This document shows positions 33,432 to 43,787 of a DNA stretch of 56,702 bases, piece by piece; position 1 is the first letter of the stretch, and each line of letters begins with the position of its first letter. The stretch lies in sequence record NC_024146.1, one strand, 5' to 3'. This DNA comes from Enterobacteria phage 9g. The notes under the pieces were generated by a model that was not told the origin of the DNA, searched no databases, and was given only the letters and a program-made list of their open reading frames with translations. Position numbers and translations under genes: made by a program.

Positions 33432-34998
33432 GGTAGTATGGAAACCACATCCAGGATCTCAGGTACTGGCACTAAGTTGTCCAGCAGATGAGATTTTATA
33501 TCATGGTACTCGTGGCCCTGGAAAGACCGATGCTCAGTTGATGCGTTTTCGTCGTTATGTTGGCATGGGGTATGGTAAACACTGGCGCGGTATCATTTTT
33601 GACCGAGAATACAAAAACTTAGATGACTTAGTTGCAAAGTCACAGCGTTGGTTTCCTGAATTTAATGATGGTTGTAAATTCTTATCTTCCAAGTCAGATT
33701 ATAAATGGGTATGGCCTAGCGGCGAAGAACTAATGTTCCGTGTTGCTAAAAAACCTAAGGATTACTGGCTGTACCACGGTCAGGAATTTCCATTTATTGG
33801 ATGGAACGAATTAACTAAATATCCTGATAGTGGGCTTTATGAAGCAATGAAGTCCTGTAACCGTACATCCTTTGTTGCAGAAGAAAACCCAATAATTATT
33901 GACGGTGATGTGTATCAGAGAACTGGGCGTCTTGTGCTTGTTCAACCGGACCATGAATACGCAATGCAGTTCATACTACCACCTTTGCCGTTGCAGATCT
34001 TTTCTACGACTAACCCATTTGGGGTTGGACATAACTGGGTCAAGAAATATTTTATTAACTCTTGCCCTCTTGGGTCCATGAAGAAGGAAGTAACAAACGT
34101 CTTCAACCCTCGTACACAGAAACGGGAAGACGTAGTTCGAACTCGCTGCCATATATTTGGTTCGTATCGAGAGAACCGCAACTTGACACCTGAGTATGTT
34201 GCGCAGCTTGTAAACATTGACGATCCTAACCTCCGTATGGCATGGCTCGGTGGTAGCTGGGATATTACGTCAGGCGGAATGTTCGACGACCTGTGGCGTC
34301 AGAATATACATGTGGTCAAGCCATTCCCAATACCTCACTCCTGGAGAATTGATAGATCATTTGACTGGGGCTCAAGTAAACCGTTTTCTGTTGGTTGGTG
34401 GGCAAGAAGTGATGGTAGTGATATCGTGTATCCAAATGGGCGTCGTGTACGAACAGTACGAGGTGACTTATTTAGGATCATGGAGTGGTATGGTACTAAC
34501 GGGAAACCGAACGAAGGTTTAAGATTATTGGATTCTGAAATTGCTCGTGGTATCATCGTCAGGGAAATTGAAGCTGGTTTATACGGTCGCGTAGTTCCAG
34601 GCCCTGCTGATAACAGCATTTGGGACGTTAAGGACGGTAACAGTACCGCAGCAACAATGTCTAAACCAATAACTATCAATGGTCGGTCTTATCCTGGTGT
34701 ACAGTGGATTCGAAGTGATAAATCCCCTGGATCTCGTAAAGCAGGTTGGAAACGAATGCGGGAATATTTAGCTGCTTCAATTCCGGATCCTAAGGTTGCC
34801 GCTTTACGTGAAAGACCTTCTATGTTTATTTTTGATAACTGTCATCACTTTATAGATCTTGTTCCAACTCTTGCTAGAGACGAAGATGATCTTGATGATG
34901 TCGATACTGATTCTGAAGACCACATTGCTGACGAAGCTCGTTATCGCGTAGCTAACGAAGCACGTGGTGGTAGTATCGGTAAGACTGTTGGGACATAA
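33400..34998 (+). CDS. Terminase large subunit
   Basis: 532 aa. Walker A GTRGPGKT near the N-terminus; C-terminal nuclease-like acidic residues; AAGAGG upstream. Confidence 0.9.
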   Translation: MDSMIQTPSTKVVWKPHPGSQVLALSCPADEILYHGTRGPGKTDAQLMRFRRYVGMGYGKHWRGIIFDREYKNLDDLVAKSQRWFPEFNDGCKFLSSKSDYKWVWPSGEELMFRVAKKPKDYWLYHGQEFPFIGWNELTKYPDSGLYEAMKSCNRTSFVAEENPIIIDGDVYQRTGRLVLVQPDHEYAMQFILPPLPLQIFSTTNPFGVGHNWVKKYFINSCPLGSMKKEVTNVFNPRTQKREDVVRTRCHIFGSYRENRNLTPEYVAQLVNIDDPNLRMAWLGGSWDITSGGMFDDLWRQNIHVVKPFPIPHSWRIDRSFDWGSSKPFSVGWWARSDGSDIVYPNGRRVRTVRGDLFRIMEWYGTNGKPNEGLRLLDSEIARGIIVREIEAGLYGRVVPGPADNSIWDVKDGNSTAATMSKPITINGRSYPGVQWIRSDKSPGSRKAGWKRMREYLAASIPDPKVAALRERPSMFIFDNCHHFIDLVPTLARDEDDLDDVDTDSEDHIADEARYRVANEARGGSIGKTVGT

Positions 34999-35010
34999 GG
35001 AGTTTAACAG

Positions 35011-36537
35011 ATGGCCATTTCTTCGGTTCATCCTAAATATTTACAGTTTAGTGCATTATGGTTGAAGATGCGGGACTGTTTCCTTGGGGCTGACCACGTT
35101 AAGGCTCAAGGTACTTTGTATCTTCCACCGACACCTGCTATGCGTTATGACGGTATGAAACCAGGCGAAGATGGCTATCTCCGTTACAGCGATTATAAAG
35201 AACGTGCGGTGTTCCCGGAGTATGTCGCTGATGCGGTAGTTAATCACAGTGGTATGCTTCATAGCAAGTCAGCTATTATTCAGTTACCTGCTGCAATGGA
35301 ACCACTTCGTCAATCTGCTACCAGCAAGCGCGAAGGTTTAGATCAGCTACTACGCCGCATAAACGAGCTACAGCTACGCGATGGTCGTCTTGGCCTTCTG
35401 TTGGAGCTGCCAGCGGGAAGTACCCGTGACACGCTGCCGTACATCGCAGTATACGAGGCGTTAAGTATACGAAACTGGGACGATGGTGAAGATGATCTTG
35501 GTTCACTTAACCTTAACCTAGTTGTTCTGGATGAGTCCAAAGAAGTAATGGACAAGACTTCATTTGATTGGACTTATAAAGTTCAATATCGAGTTCTTGT
35601 TCTTGGAAGCGCCAACGTAAATGAACCATCAGATAGCGGTTACGTGTATGGGCAGTATATGACAGAACTGCTTCCTGGCGAAGATGACGAACCAGAAGAG
35701 GTGAGCTCTGACGTTGTAGTCCCTCAATATAAAGGTACTCCTCTTGAGCAGATACCTTTCGTATTTTGTAACGCCATGGACTTAGTCCCAGAACCTGATA
35801 AACCACCGCTACTTGCATTAGCAAACAGATGTATTTCCATTTATCAGGGTGAAGCTGATTATCGACAGGCTTTGTTTATGCAGAGCCAGGATACGCTGGT
35901 TGTTCGCGGTGGTATTACGAACAGTGACGCAATTGATGATAAAGCTCCTGTTCGTGTTGGTGCTGGTGCTCGTATTGATGTATCTCCGGACGGTGATGCC
36001 AAATACATTGGTACTAATTCACAAGGTTTACCGGAGCAACGTAAGGCACTTGAAGCTGACCATAAAGACGCTCAGACCCGTTCCGGGCATTTAACCAGTG
36101 CAGAAAATGCTTCTCAAGAATCTGGTGACGCACTGGAAACACGTCTTATCACCAAGACTGCTTCATTAGTTGGTATTGCTAAGACTGGTGCTGCTGCGTT
36201 AGAAAAAATCCTTCGTATTTGTGCTATATGGATGGGATTAAATCCAGATGAAGTTAGAGTTACACCTAACCTTGACTTCAGCAAAGCTAATATTGAAGGC
36301 CAGGAATTGGTGCAGGTGCAGACTGCCAAGAATCTTGGTGCTCCGTTATGTGCTGAGTCTATGCACAACTGGTTGCAGGATAAGGGAATGACCTCTTTGA
36401 CGTTTGAAGAGGAGATGAAACGACTTGAGGAGGAGCGCAAAGAATACCCGTTCCTTTTACCTCAAGTTAAAAACGATCAGAACCAAATCCAGCAAATAAC
36501 TGGAGAACAAACGGGGAATGAAAATGCCGCTAAGTAA
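35011..36537 (+). CDS. Portal protein
   Basis: 508 aa directly after TerL; AAGGAG 8 nt upstream; portal-like size and position. Confidence 0.8.
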   Translation: MAISSVHPKYLQFSALWLKMRDCFLGADHVKAQGTLYLPPTPAMRYDGMKPGEDGYLRYSDYKERAVFPEYVADAVVNHSGMLHSKSAIIQLPAAMEPLRQSATSKREGLDQLLRRINELQLRDGRLGLLLELPAGSTRDTLPYIAVYEALSIRNWDDGEDDLGSLNLNLVVLDESKEVMDKTSFDWTYKVQYRVLVLGSANVNEPSDSGYVYGQYMTELLPGEDDEPEEVSSDVVVPQYKGTPLEQIPFVFCNAMDLVPEPDKPPLLALANRCISIYQGEADYRQALFMQSQDTLVVRGGITNSDAIDDKAPVRVGAGARIDVSPDGDAKYIGTNSQGLPEQRKALEADHKDAQTRSGHLTSAENASQESGDALETRLITKTASLVGIAKTGAAALEKILRICAIWMGLNPDEVRVTPNLDFSKANIEGQELVQVQTAKNLGAPLCAESMHNWLQDKGMTSLTFEEEMKRLEEERKEYPFLLPQVKNDQNQIQQITGEQTGNENAAK

Positions 36538-36610
36538 AGGCGTGCAACGTAAAGCAAAAGTCAAGAGTAAAAAATAGTTGCTTCATTCTTAATGATGTAT
36601 TAGTCTTTAT

Positions 36611-36641
36611 AGCGCGGTAGAACGGTCTATCGCGCTTTTTA
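36611..36641 (+). terminator. Terminator-like hairpin after the portal gene
   Basis: agcgcg(36611-36616) / cgcgct(36631-36636), then TTTTT. Confidence 0.35.
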
Positions 36642-36668
36642 GTGGAACGGTCCACAATGGAGAATTTT

Positions 36669-37547
36669 ATGAACAACTATCACATTCATCTAGCGGTAGC
36701 TTATTCCACTGGCTTCTTCCAGTCCATGCCTCGTTTTGGTGCATTGGAACTTGAATATACTTCTGAAGATGAGATCCCGGAAAATGCGCGTGAGTATTAT
36801 TCCCAAGAAGGCGATAAGTGGATCCTCACTGGTGTAAAGGGTGGTGGCAAACAGAATATTGACAGGTTGCAATCCGCACTTGAAAAAGAACGCAACGATC
36901 ATAAAGCGGTCAAGAGTAAGCTAAGTAAGCTGAACGGACGTGATATTGACGAACTCTTGCAGCGCGACGCTGAATATGAAGAGCTTAAACTGCGTGCGGA
37001 TAAAGTTGATGATGAAAAGTTGGAGCAGATCATTAACGTACGAATCCGTAACAAGTTAACTCCGCTTGAGCGTGAACGTGACGAGCTGAAAAACAAACTT
37101 TCTACCTATGAGAAGCAAGTAGAAGAGTTGACCACAAAAGAGAAGAACCGCATCGTTAAAACCGCTCTGAGCAAGGCTGCAATGTCTGCTAAAGTGATCA
37201 CGGAAGCTATTGACGACGTGGAACTGATTGGTTCTCGTTTATTTGAGCTCACCGAAGACGGTCAGGTTGTAACACGCGACGGTGTGGGTGTAACTCCTGG
37301 AATCACTCCAGAAATGTGGTTACAGGATATTCAGGATAAGAAACCTCACTGGTTCCCTGGAAACGTTGGCGGTGGTGCTGGTGGCTCACGTACTCCTGGC
37401 GCTGCTGGTAAGAACCCGTGGAGTGCCGACGGTTGGAACCTTACTGAGCAGGGTAAAATTCTTCGTGAAAATCCTGAAAAAGCAGGCCGTCTGGCAGCCA
37501 TGGTAGGCGTGGACTTGAAGCGTCCAGTACGTCCAGTTAAAAAATAA
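36669..37547 (+). CDS. Putative head scaffolding protein
   Basis: Coiled-coil-rich (ERNDHKAVKSKLSKL...ELKLRADK...); lies between portal and capsid genes. Start could be 36657 or 36669 (GGAG 7 nt upstream); the GTG at 36642 is unlikely. Confidence 0.55.
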   Translation: MNNYHIHLAVAYSTGFFQSMPRFGALELEYTSEDEIPENAREYYSQEGDKWILTGVKGGGKQNIDRLQSALEKERNDHKAVKSKLSKLNGRDIDELLQRDAEYEELKLRADKVDDEKLEQIINVRIRNKLTPLERERDELKNKLSTYEKQVEELTTKEKNRIVKTALSKAAMSAKVITEAIDDVELIGSRLFELTEDGQVVTRDGVGVTPGITPEMWLQDIQDKKPHWFPGNVGGGAGGSRTPGAAGKNPWSADGWNLTEQGKILRENPEKAGRLAAMVGVDLKRPVRPVKK

Positions 37548-37685
37548 TAAAATTTGTTGACACTCCCTCCGGTTGGTGTTAGTTTTACATCAACCGGAGC
37601 ACGGGCTCCGATCAATCAAGGATTATTGGAGCCTCCCACGGCGGTAGAGTTCCAAAGTAAATCGATTAACTTTGCGGAGACTACC

Positions 37686-38789
37686 ATGTCTAAAATTCTG
37701 TCAGCTCCGATGCTTAATTTGCGAGCTACTAATTCAATTCTTCTGTCTGCTGTTCGTCGTGGTGCAATCACTGAACTTGCAGATGTTATCGTTCCAGAAA
37801 TCTTCGTACCGTATGTGCAGAACCGCACGACTGAGAAGTCTCGACTGATTCAGTCTGGTGCTATTGAGATTTCTGAGCGTCTTAACGCCGCATTGATGGG
37901 TGAAGGTACTACCTTTAACCAGCGTTTCTTCAAAGACCTGGATCGTGACGAAGAAAACGTTTCAAGCGCAAGCGATTCAACCGATTCTACTCCTGGTGGT
38001 ATCAAATCTGGGCGTGAAATTCAGATCCGTCTGTCCCGTAACCATTCATGGGGTTCCGCGGACCTGCTGGACAGCTTGATCTCCCCTGATCCGCTGGATG
38101 CTATCATTAATTTAGTGGCAAGCTACCGTCAGAGCCGTCTGCAACGTGCATTCGTTGCAACTGTAGGTGGTGTGTTTGCTATGAACGCCGCTGCTCCGGC
38201 TGGTTCCGGTGATAAGAAGTCTACTCACGTTCAGAACGATATGACCCATGATATCTCTGGTTCATCCTTCACCGATGGTGTGACTAACTTCAACCCGGCT
38301 GGTGTTATCCTGGCTGCTGGTACTATGGGTGACTCCCTGAACGACCTGTCTATGATGATGGTTCACAGTGTGGTCTACCAGCGTATGCAGCTGATGAACC
38401 TGATCGACTTCATCCCGGATGCTCGTGCTGAAGTAATGATCCCAACCTACATGGGCCGTGAAGTTATCGTTGATGATATGATGCCTCACGACGGCGGTAA
38501 GTACGAAACCTGGCTGGTCGGCCGTGGCGCATTCCAGTTAGGTGTTGGTTCACCGAAAGTTCCTGTTGAAACTGAACGTAAACCTGCATCCTACAAAGGT
38601 GGCGGTTCTGAAATCCTGTTCCACCGCTGGGAAAACATCATTCACCCTGTCGGTCACGCATGGGTTGGTACTGCTGCTGAAGGTGGTCCGGATAACGCCG
38701 CTCTGAAGACTGCTACCAACTGGGCTCGTGTATTCCCTGAGCGTAAACAGATTAAGATTGCTCGCCTGATCACTCGCGAACACGCTTAA
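37686..38789 (+). CDS. Major capsid protein (lambda gpE-like)
   Basis: Start moved to the ATG at 37686 (GGAG upstream). Segments KPASYKGGGSEILFH and PDNAALKTATNWARVF resemble lambda gpE as remembered; followed by a strong terminator. Confidence 0.75.
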   Translation: MSKILSAPMLNLRATNSILLSAVRRGAITELADVIVPEIFVPYVQNRTTEKSRLIQSGAIEISERLNAALMGEGTTFNQRFFKDLDRDEENVSSASDSTDSTPGGIKSGREIQIRLSRNHSWGSADLLDSLISPDPLDAIINLVASYRQSRLQRAFVATVGGVFAMNAAAPAGSGDKKSTHVQNDMTHDISGSSFTDGVTNFNPAGVILAAGTMGDSLNDLSMMMVHSVVYQRMQLMNLIDFIPDARAEVMIPTYMGREVIVDDMMPHDGGKYETWLVGRGAFQLGVGSPKVPVETERKPASYKGGGSEILFHRWENIIHPVGHAWVGTAAEGGPDNAALKTATNWARVFPERKQIKIARLITREHA

Positions 38790-38808
38790 TGCTTTAGCCA
38801 TGTAATTA

Positions 38809-38834
38809 AAGGGGCCTATATGGTCCCTTTTTTG
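38809..38834 (+). terminator. Rho-independent terminator after the capsid gene
   Basis: aaggggcc(38809-38816) / ggtccctt(38822-38829) with one G-U pair, loop TATA, then TTTTTTG. Confidence 0.6.
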
Positions 38835-38846
38835 TTAGGAGGAAAC

Positions 38847-39290
38847 ATGCGTTATCAACGTTATCAACGTCATTCAAGACATCGTCGTTATGTACGTCAT
38901 GAACGTCACGGTTCAGATGCAACACCTAAAGCAAAGATTAAGACTGTAGGTAAAGTTCAGTATTCAGCTGATGGTGAAAGTGGTTGGCAGGATACAATCC
39001 CTGAAGGTCTTATGAAAGTAAGCACACCACTGACTTTCTACATTCGTGCTAAAGAAGTAGATCCAGAGGATGATGGTTCTTATATCTACAAGTTTGAAAT
39101 TGCTACTGGAACTGGTGATGCGTTGTCTCTTCAAAATACGGACGTCAACAAAGCAAAAATCTCTGGTACGGCTCCAGAAGGTATGCTGAGTAAAACGTTC
39201 AGTGTGAACTGTACTGTTGAAGACAGTTATGGGACAGAAGTTACGGGAACTGCATTAACACAAGCCTGGTCTGCAGCTTCTGAAGCATAA
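38847..39290 (+). CDS. Hypothetical virion protein with Arg/His-rich N-terminus (possible head decoration protein)
   Basis: AGGAGG then ATG at 38847; N-terminal MRYQRYQRHSRHRRYVRHERH, then a beta-rich (Ig-like?) domain; flanked by terminators on both sides. Confidence 0.55.
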   Translation: MRYQRYQRHSRHRRYVRHERHGSDATPKAKIKTVGKVQYSADGESGWQDTIPEGLMKVSTPLTFYIRAKEVDPEDDGSYIYKFEIATGTGDALSLQNTDVNKAKISGTAPEGMLSKTFSVNCTVEDSYGTEVTGTALTQAWSAASEA

Positions 39291-39316
39291 ACGTTAAATT
39301 GCTAGATGTTTTAAAG

Positions 39317-39350
39317 GGTGTTACACTTCGCTTGTAACACCTTTTATTTT
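39317..39350 (+). terminator. Rho-independent terminator
   Basis: ggtgttaca(39317-39325) / tgtaacacc(39333-39341), then TTTTATTTT. Confidence 0.6.
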
Positions 39351-39359
39351 GAGGAATGA

Positions 39360-40031
39360 ATGATGAAAGACAAGATCATTGAAGGGCTTCGTAAACTCAA
39401 CGTTGAGAATGACAATCATTGGACTGCCGATGGCCTGCCTAAAATTGAAGCATTGAAGTTTACAGTTGGCCCGTCCGTCACGCGAGAAGATGTCAATTCT
39501 GTTGCGCCTGGGTTCACTCGTTCAAATCCTGTAATTGAGGACGTCGAACATGAAGAAAAGCATGACACTTCCTCATTGCAGGAAACCGAACAGACGGAAG
39601 TTGTTGCAGATACCGACAATGCACAATATGAGTCCTTATCTAAGGCTGAAGCAGATAAGGAAACTGTTAACGGTAAATCGATTGTCACTACGCGAGTAGC
39701 TTTAGAAGTCAACGTGAGCGATGCAGTTAAAGCAATGCTCAAAGGTATTCCAGATATTGACTTTGACACTGTTTCTGTGGAAGAGCTTAAAGAATATGAA
39801 AAAGTTCTTTCAGAACAAGTCAACGCAGACAACCAGATGTTATCTGCAATGAACGAACTTGTTGAATCTCGTGCTAAACTGTACGCAAAAGTCAACACTG
39901 AGATTGAACGTCGTAAGCCTAAGACCGAACTGGCTCACACGTTAGCATCTTTCCGCGATCAGATGGCACAAATCCCGCATGTGGTCAATCAGCCTCGTAT
40001 GGTTGTTCGTAACGGTATTCGCACTCGTTAA
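39360..40031 (+). CDS. Hypothetical acidic structural-region protein
   Basis: 223 aa, GAGGA upstream. Confidence 0.55.
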   Translation: MMKDKIIEGLRKLNVENDNHWTADGLPKIEALKFTVGPSVTREDVNSVAPGFTRSNPVIEDVEHEEKHDTSSLQETEQTEVVADTDNAQYESLSKAEADKETVNGKSIVTTRVALEVNVSDAVKAMLKGIPDIDFDTVSVEELKEYEKVLSEQVNADNQMLSAMNELVESRAKLYAKVNTEIERRKPKTELAHTLASFRDQMAQIPHVVNQPRMVVRNGIRTR

Positions 40032-40039
40032 GGTGACAT

Positions 40040-40369
40040 ATGGCATTTCGAACAGACAAAAAGTTCTTGTTTCATATGATGCAACGTAACAGACGTCGTC
40101 GAGATGCCACGTTGAACCCTGTAAGCGGTGTCCTGGGGTGGGTAACGCCGCCCCCGTCGACAGGTGTGGTAGATACCGATTACGTTACAACGTGGCAGAA
40201 TGGACAAACACCTTACGTTGTACAGGTCTTTAAAGATAAAGAATTGGTCTCACAGAATCAGTCTGATTTGCAGACCTTCACAATTAACGAATCGTCTGCT
40301 GCAAGGCATGACATTAAAATTATAAGTGCAGACGGTCAGATTCTTAATGGTACAATAGATATCGCCTGA
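40040..40369 (+). CDS. Hypothetical protein
   Basis: 109 aa, AAGGTGA upstream. Confidence 0.5.
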   Translation: MAFRTDKKFLFHMMQRNRRRRDATLNPVSGVLGWVTPPPSTGVVDTDYVTTWQNGQTPYVVQVFKDKELVSQNQSDLQTFTINESSAARHDIKIISADGQILNGTIDIA

Positions 40370-40376
40370 GGTGCAT

Positions 40377-40880
40377 ATGACTGTAACTATCATTGTTGAA
40401 GATGGGTCTTGTGTACCTAACGCAAATAGCTATATTGATGTCGAATATGCTACGCAGTATTTAGAAGACCGTGGATTTACTGTTCCGGCGGAAGATAAGT
40501 TAAAACCTATGCTTATCAACGCAATGGATTTTATGGAAAGTCTTAATCGCTATAAGGGTAAGCGCACCAACCAGGATCAGGAACTACAGTTCCCGCGCAG
40601 CGGCTTATACAGCGACGGTGTAGAGATTCCAGGTAATACCATACCTGTAGCAATTAAGCGAGCACAGGCCCAACTGGTCGCGGATACGGTGCAGAGCGGT
40701 AAGCCATTATTAAGTAACAGTACCAATTATGCACTGAAAAAGCGTGTTCTTGGACCTCTGACGCTTGAATATGCAGTTGGTCAGAGTGCTGTATTAGAAA
40801 GTGCAACACCACATCCGCGTTTCTGGGCTTTGATTAATGACTACCTGCGAAGCTCTAGCTCACAAGGAGTAATGCGATGA
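40377..40880 (+). CDS. Putative head-tail connector/adaptor protein (by position)
   Basis: ATG at 40377 (GAGGTG upstream) preferred over the GTG at 40371; 167 aa. Confidence 0.5.
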   Translation: MTVTIIVEDGSCVPNANSYIDVEYATQYLEDRGFTVPAEDKLKPMLINAMDFMESLNRYKGKRTNQDQELQFPRSGLYSDGVEIPGNTIPVAIKRAQAQLVADTVQSGKPLLSNSTNYALKKRVLGPLTLEYAVGQSAVLESATPHPRFWALINDYLRSSSSQGVMR

Positions 40881-41251
40881 CAATTGCTTCAGAATTTATT
40901 GCAATGGCACATGAGATGCTGAACGACCAAGAAATTGGTTTTGATGGAACACTCATTGTTAAAGTAAAAGAAGATGGAAGTGAATCAAAGCCTTGGGCTC
41001 CGACTTTTAAAGAGCAAGAAATACCACTGCGTTTGTTCTATGACGAGCAGTCAAAGACTAACGTAAACGGTAGTATACTTCTTAAAGGTGAGAAGGTCTT
41101 TATCGCTTACGAACCGGACGGTATTAGTCTGGAAGATTGCATAGGTTTTAAATTTATTGACCACAAAGGGCGCTCGTTCGTTGTTAATGCAGTTGAGCCT
41201 ATCGGTGCGGGTGGAACTACAATTATTAGTTACGTTAAAGTTGGTTCCTAA
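40877..41251 (+). CDS. Putative head-tail joining protein (by position)
   Basis: 124 aa, AAGGAG upstream, overlaps the upstream stop (ATGA). Confidence 0.5.
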   Translation: MTIASEFIAMAHEMLNDQEIGFDGTLIVKVKEDGSESKPWAPTFKEQEIPLRLFYDEQSKTNVNGSILLKGEKVFIAYEPDGISLEDCIGFKFIDHKGRSFVVNAVEPIGAGGTTIISYVKVGS

Positions 41252-41670
41252 TGGCTAAGAAGAGCTTCCGTGATCAGTTTACCAGTGCTCAATTAAGAGC
41301 CATGCAAAAAGCCGCAGGTGAGGTAAAACAAAGACTTTATGGCTTCGTTAGTGCTGTTGTTGATGACACTCCTGTTAAGGACGGTGGATTACGCGGAAGT
41401 TGGCAGATACAAAAATCACCCGACCTTATTGAGGACAATCTACCGGAAGACCCGTCCGGAGCTGCTACGAAACAAAGATTGTTTACTAAAATAAGGTATC
41501 TCCCAATCCATCAAGATTGGGATATTTATTTTGGTAACGGTAAGCCTTATGCTCAGAAGATTGAATATGAAGGTTACAGTAAGCAGGCGCCTAACGGGAT
41601 GCTGCGTAAGAACATCGCAAGAGGTGGACAAGCATTCAGTGGATTTAAACTTGGGAGCTTTGATAAATGA
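41251..41670 (+). CDS. Putative head-tail joining/tail completion protein (by position)
   Basis: 139 aa, start overlaps the upstream stop (TAATG). Confidence 0.5.
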   Translation: MAKKSFRDQFTSAQLRAMQKAAGEVKQRLYGFVSAVVDDTPVKDGGLRGSWQIQKSPDLIEDNLPEDPSGAATKQRLFTKIRYLPIHQDWDIYFGNGKPYAQKIEYEGYSKQAPNGMLRKNIARGGQAFSGFKLGSFDK

Positions 41671-42134
41671 TCCCGTATCCGTTTCATTGGGTAGAAGATA
41701 CCCTGAAATCACACTTAGTGAATAACTATGCTGAAATGTCACACGCTATGGCGTGGAAGAACTTGACATTTGATGCCAGCGGCTTTAAAGTGTGGTTAAA
41801 GATTATCAATACCCCATCCAGCGAAGACCCTGTAACGTTAGGCCCTTATGGCGATAATGAAATGCGTGGGTTTTTACAGATTGGTATATATTCACAGTTG
41901 AATATCGGTATTGAAGAATCTAACGCTGTTCTTGGGCATGTGAGTAAAATCTTTAGTGTACCAAGACAGCTCCAGGCACCGGACGGCTGCATGTTAAGAC
42001 TGACAAGAAAGACGTTTTCTCAAGGTGGGCAGACGTCAATTGCAGACTTCACTCGCGGTGGTGTTGAAGGTGTTTGGGATGCTCAATATGTAACAATCTA
42101 CTGGCTCGCACGTGAGCCTAAACAGAGGATATAA
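41667..42134 (+). CDS. Putative tail terminator/completion protein (by position)
   Basis: 155 aa, start overlaps the upstream stop (ATGA). Confidence 0.5.
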   Translation: MIPYPFHWVEDTLKSHLVNNYAEMSHAMAWKNLTFDASGFKVWLKIINTPSSEDPVTLGPYGDNEMRGFLQIGIYSQLNIGIEESNAVLGHVSKIFSVPRQLQAPDGCMLRLTRKTFSQGGQTSIADFTRGGVEGVWDAQYVTIYWLAREPKQRI

Positions 42135-42136
42135 CG

Positions 42137-43318
42137 ATGGCTGAAGGTTCACGTTATAGTAGCTATTACATCAAAGAACAGACCTCCGGTGTCACTCCGT
42201 CTAGCGGAACTCTGAAGGTCTTTCGTGCTACTAAATCGGGTCTTGATATTAAAGTCGCTACTCTGCAATCTGAAGAAATTCGAGATGACGCGGAAGTGGC
42301 GGATTTCCGTCTTGGTGCTCGACACGTAGAAGGTACAGCAACGGGTGAACTGTCTTATGAGACATTTGATGACCTGTTGGGTGGTGCGTTACGTGGTACG
42401 TTTGCGGACGAAGTGTTAACCGCAGGCATCGAGCGCCAATCCTTTACTTTTATCGACTATAACGCAGATATTGCGGACTTCCCGTATACCATCTATCGCG
42501 GTTGTGAAGTTAACAGTCTTGCAATTACTGTAAGTGCTGAAGCTATCACCGGCGTGGAATTCGGTATTGTTGGTCGTACAATGGAACAAGCTGCTGCCCT
42601 GCCGTCTGGTCTAAGTAAAGGTACTCGTACGACTACATCACCTATGGACGGCTTCTCTGGTAAGCTGGCTATGGGCGATGTGTCCGTTGATGTTATTACT
42701 GAGATGGCTATTAACCTTGAGAACGGCATCGAGCCTCGCTTCGTTGTTGGTTCCAAGTTCTCTATCAAGCCAAGTTCTAAACGTCGTCAGATTAGTGGTA
42801 CACTAACCGCCTACTACGAAGATAATAAACTGCGTAGTAAATTCCTGAACGAACAGGAAAGTGACCTGACTATCGACATCCTGGACGGAACTACTGGTGC
42901 CGGTTATCGCTTCAGTATGCCTCGTATCAAGATTACGGAAGCTCCGCGTCCGATCGATGGTGAAGGCGATATCATGCTGAACATGAGTTATACTGGTCTG
43001 CTGGATCAGGGAGAAGGTTACAGCATTCGTATTACCAAACTTCCTCCGATGTCTTTCACGACCGATCTTACCGCAGACAAGACTATCACTAAAGGACAAA
43101 CCTTAACCCTTTCAGTTGTGGTCAAAGGCGGTGAAGAACCTTATACCTATGTGTGGAAGAAAGGTGGTGTTGTTATTCCGGAAGCTAAACAAGCGACATA
43201 CACTAAATCTAACGCACAAGAAGCGGATGCCGGTCAGTATGTATGTGAAGTAACAGATTCACATGGTCGTACTATACCGAGCACATCTTGCCTTGTTGCT
43301 GTTAATCCTGGTGAGTAA
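42137..43318 (+). CDS. Major tail protein with C-terminal Ig-like domain
   Basis: 393 aa, AGAGGA upstream. C-terminal ~90 aa (TKGQTLTLSVVVKGGEEPYTYVWKKGGVVI...AGQYVCEVTDSHG) look like a Big_2/Ig-like fold; followed by a terminator. Confidence 0.7.
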   Translation: MAEGSRYSSYYIKEQTSGVTPSSGTLKVFRATKSGLDIKVATLQSEEIRDDAEVADFRLGARHVEGTATGELSYETFDDLLGGALRGTFADEVLTAGIERQSFTFIDYNADIADFPYTIYRGCEVNSLAITVSAEAITGVEFGIVGRTMEQAAALPSGLSKGTRTTTSPMDGFSGKLAMGDVSVDVITEMAINLENGIEPRFVVGSKFSIKPSSKRRQISGTLTAYYEDNKLRSKFLNEQESDLTIDILDGTTGAGYRFSMPRIKITEAPRPIDGEGDIMLNMSYTGLLDQGEGYSIRITKLPPMSFTTDLTADKTITKGQTLTLSVVVKGGEEPYTYVWKKGGVVIPEAKQATYTKSNAQEADAGQYVCEVTDSHGRTIPSTSCLVAVNPGE

Positions 43319-43322
43319 TTGG

Positions 43323-43346
43323 AACGGGGTGTAAACCCCGTTTTAT
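43323..43346 (+). terminator. Rho-independent terminator after the major tail gene
   Basis: aacgggg(43323-43329) / ccccgtt(43336-43342), then TTTATT. Confidence 0.55.
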
Positions 43347-43358
43347 TAAGGAACGATT

Positions 43359-43787
43359 ATGTCTTCAGAAAACAAACAAGTATCTACTGAAGTTGCAAAG
43401 AAAGCTGTTGGTACATCTTTCCGTGACTTTAACTTGAAAAAGAAATTAGAGAACGCTCCGCTGCTGCATTACCCGCTTGTTTTTCCAGGGCAGGGCGATA
43501 CAGGTCACTGGCTGAAGATTCGCAACCGCCACAGCGAAGAATTTCGTCAAGCGGATTTAAAAGCACAACGTCAGATCAGTGCGCTTGTCGTTGCCAACGG
43601 ATCTTTTGAAAACATTGATAAGGACATGCTCGACGATATCAATATGCGAGCGTTCTGTAAGTTGGTTGCTTCGTGGAGCTTCGAAGAAGAATGCAACGAA
43701 GACAATCTTCTTGAATTCTTTGATAATAACCCGTTTGCGTATGACGACATCAATCGTCTGGCAGCGCAAGATTCCCTTTTTTTCTAA
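43359..43787 (+). CDS. Tail assembly chaperone (gpG-like)
   Basis: 142 aa, immediately upstream of the tape-measure gene; ends ...QDSLFF* at a T_TTT_TTC slippery heptamer. Confidence 0.65.
   Translation: MSSENKQVSTEVAKKAVGTSFRDFNLKKKLENAPLLHYPLVFPGQGDTGHWLKIRNRHSEEFRQADLKAQRQISALVVANGSFENIDKDMLDDINMRAFCKLVASWSFEEECNEDNLLEFFDNNPFAYDDINRLAAQDSLFF

Noticed and set aside
37554-37685. N-terminal 44-codon extension of the capsid ORF
   Set aside because: Overlaps the end of the scaffold gene; the ATG at 37686 has a GGAG SD and gives an N-terminus (MSKILSAPML...) typical for a capsid protein.
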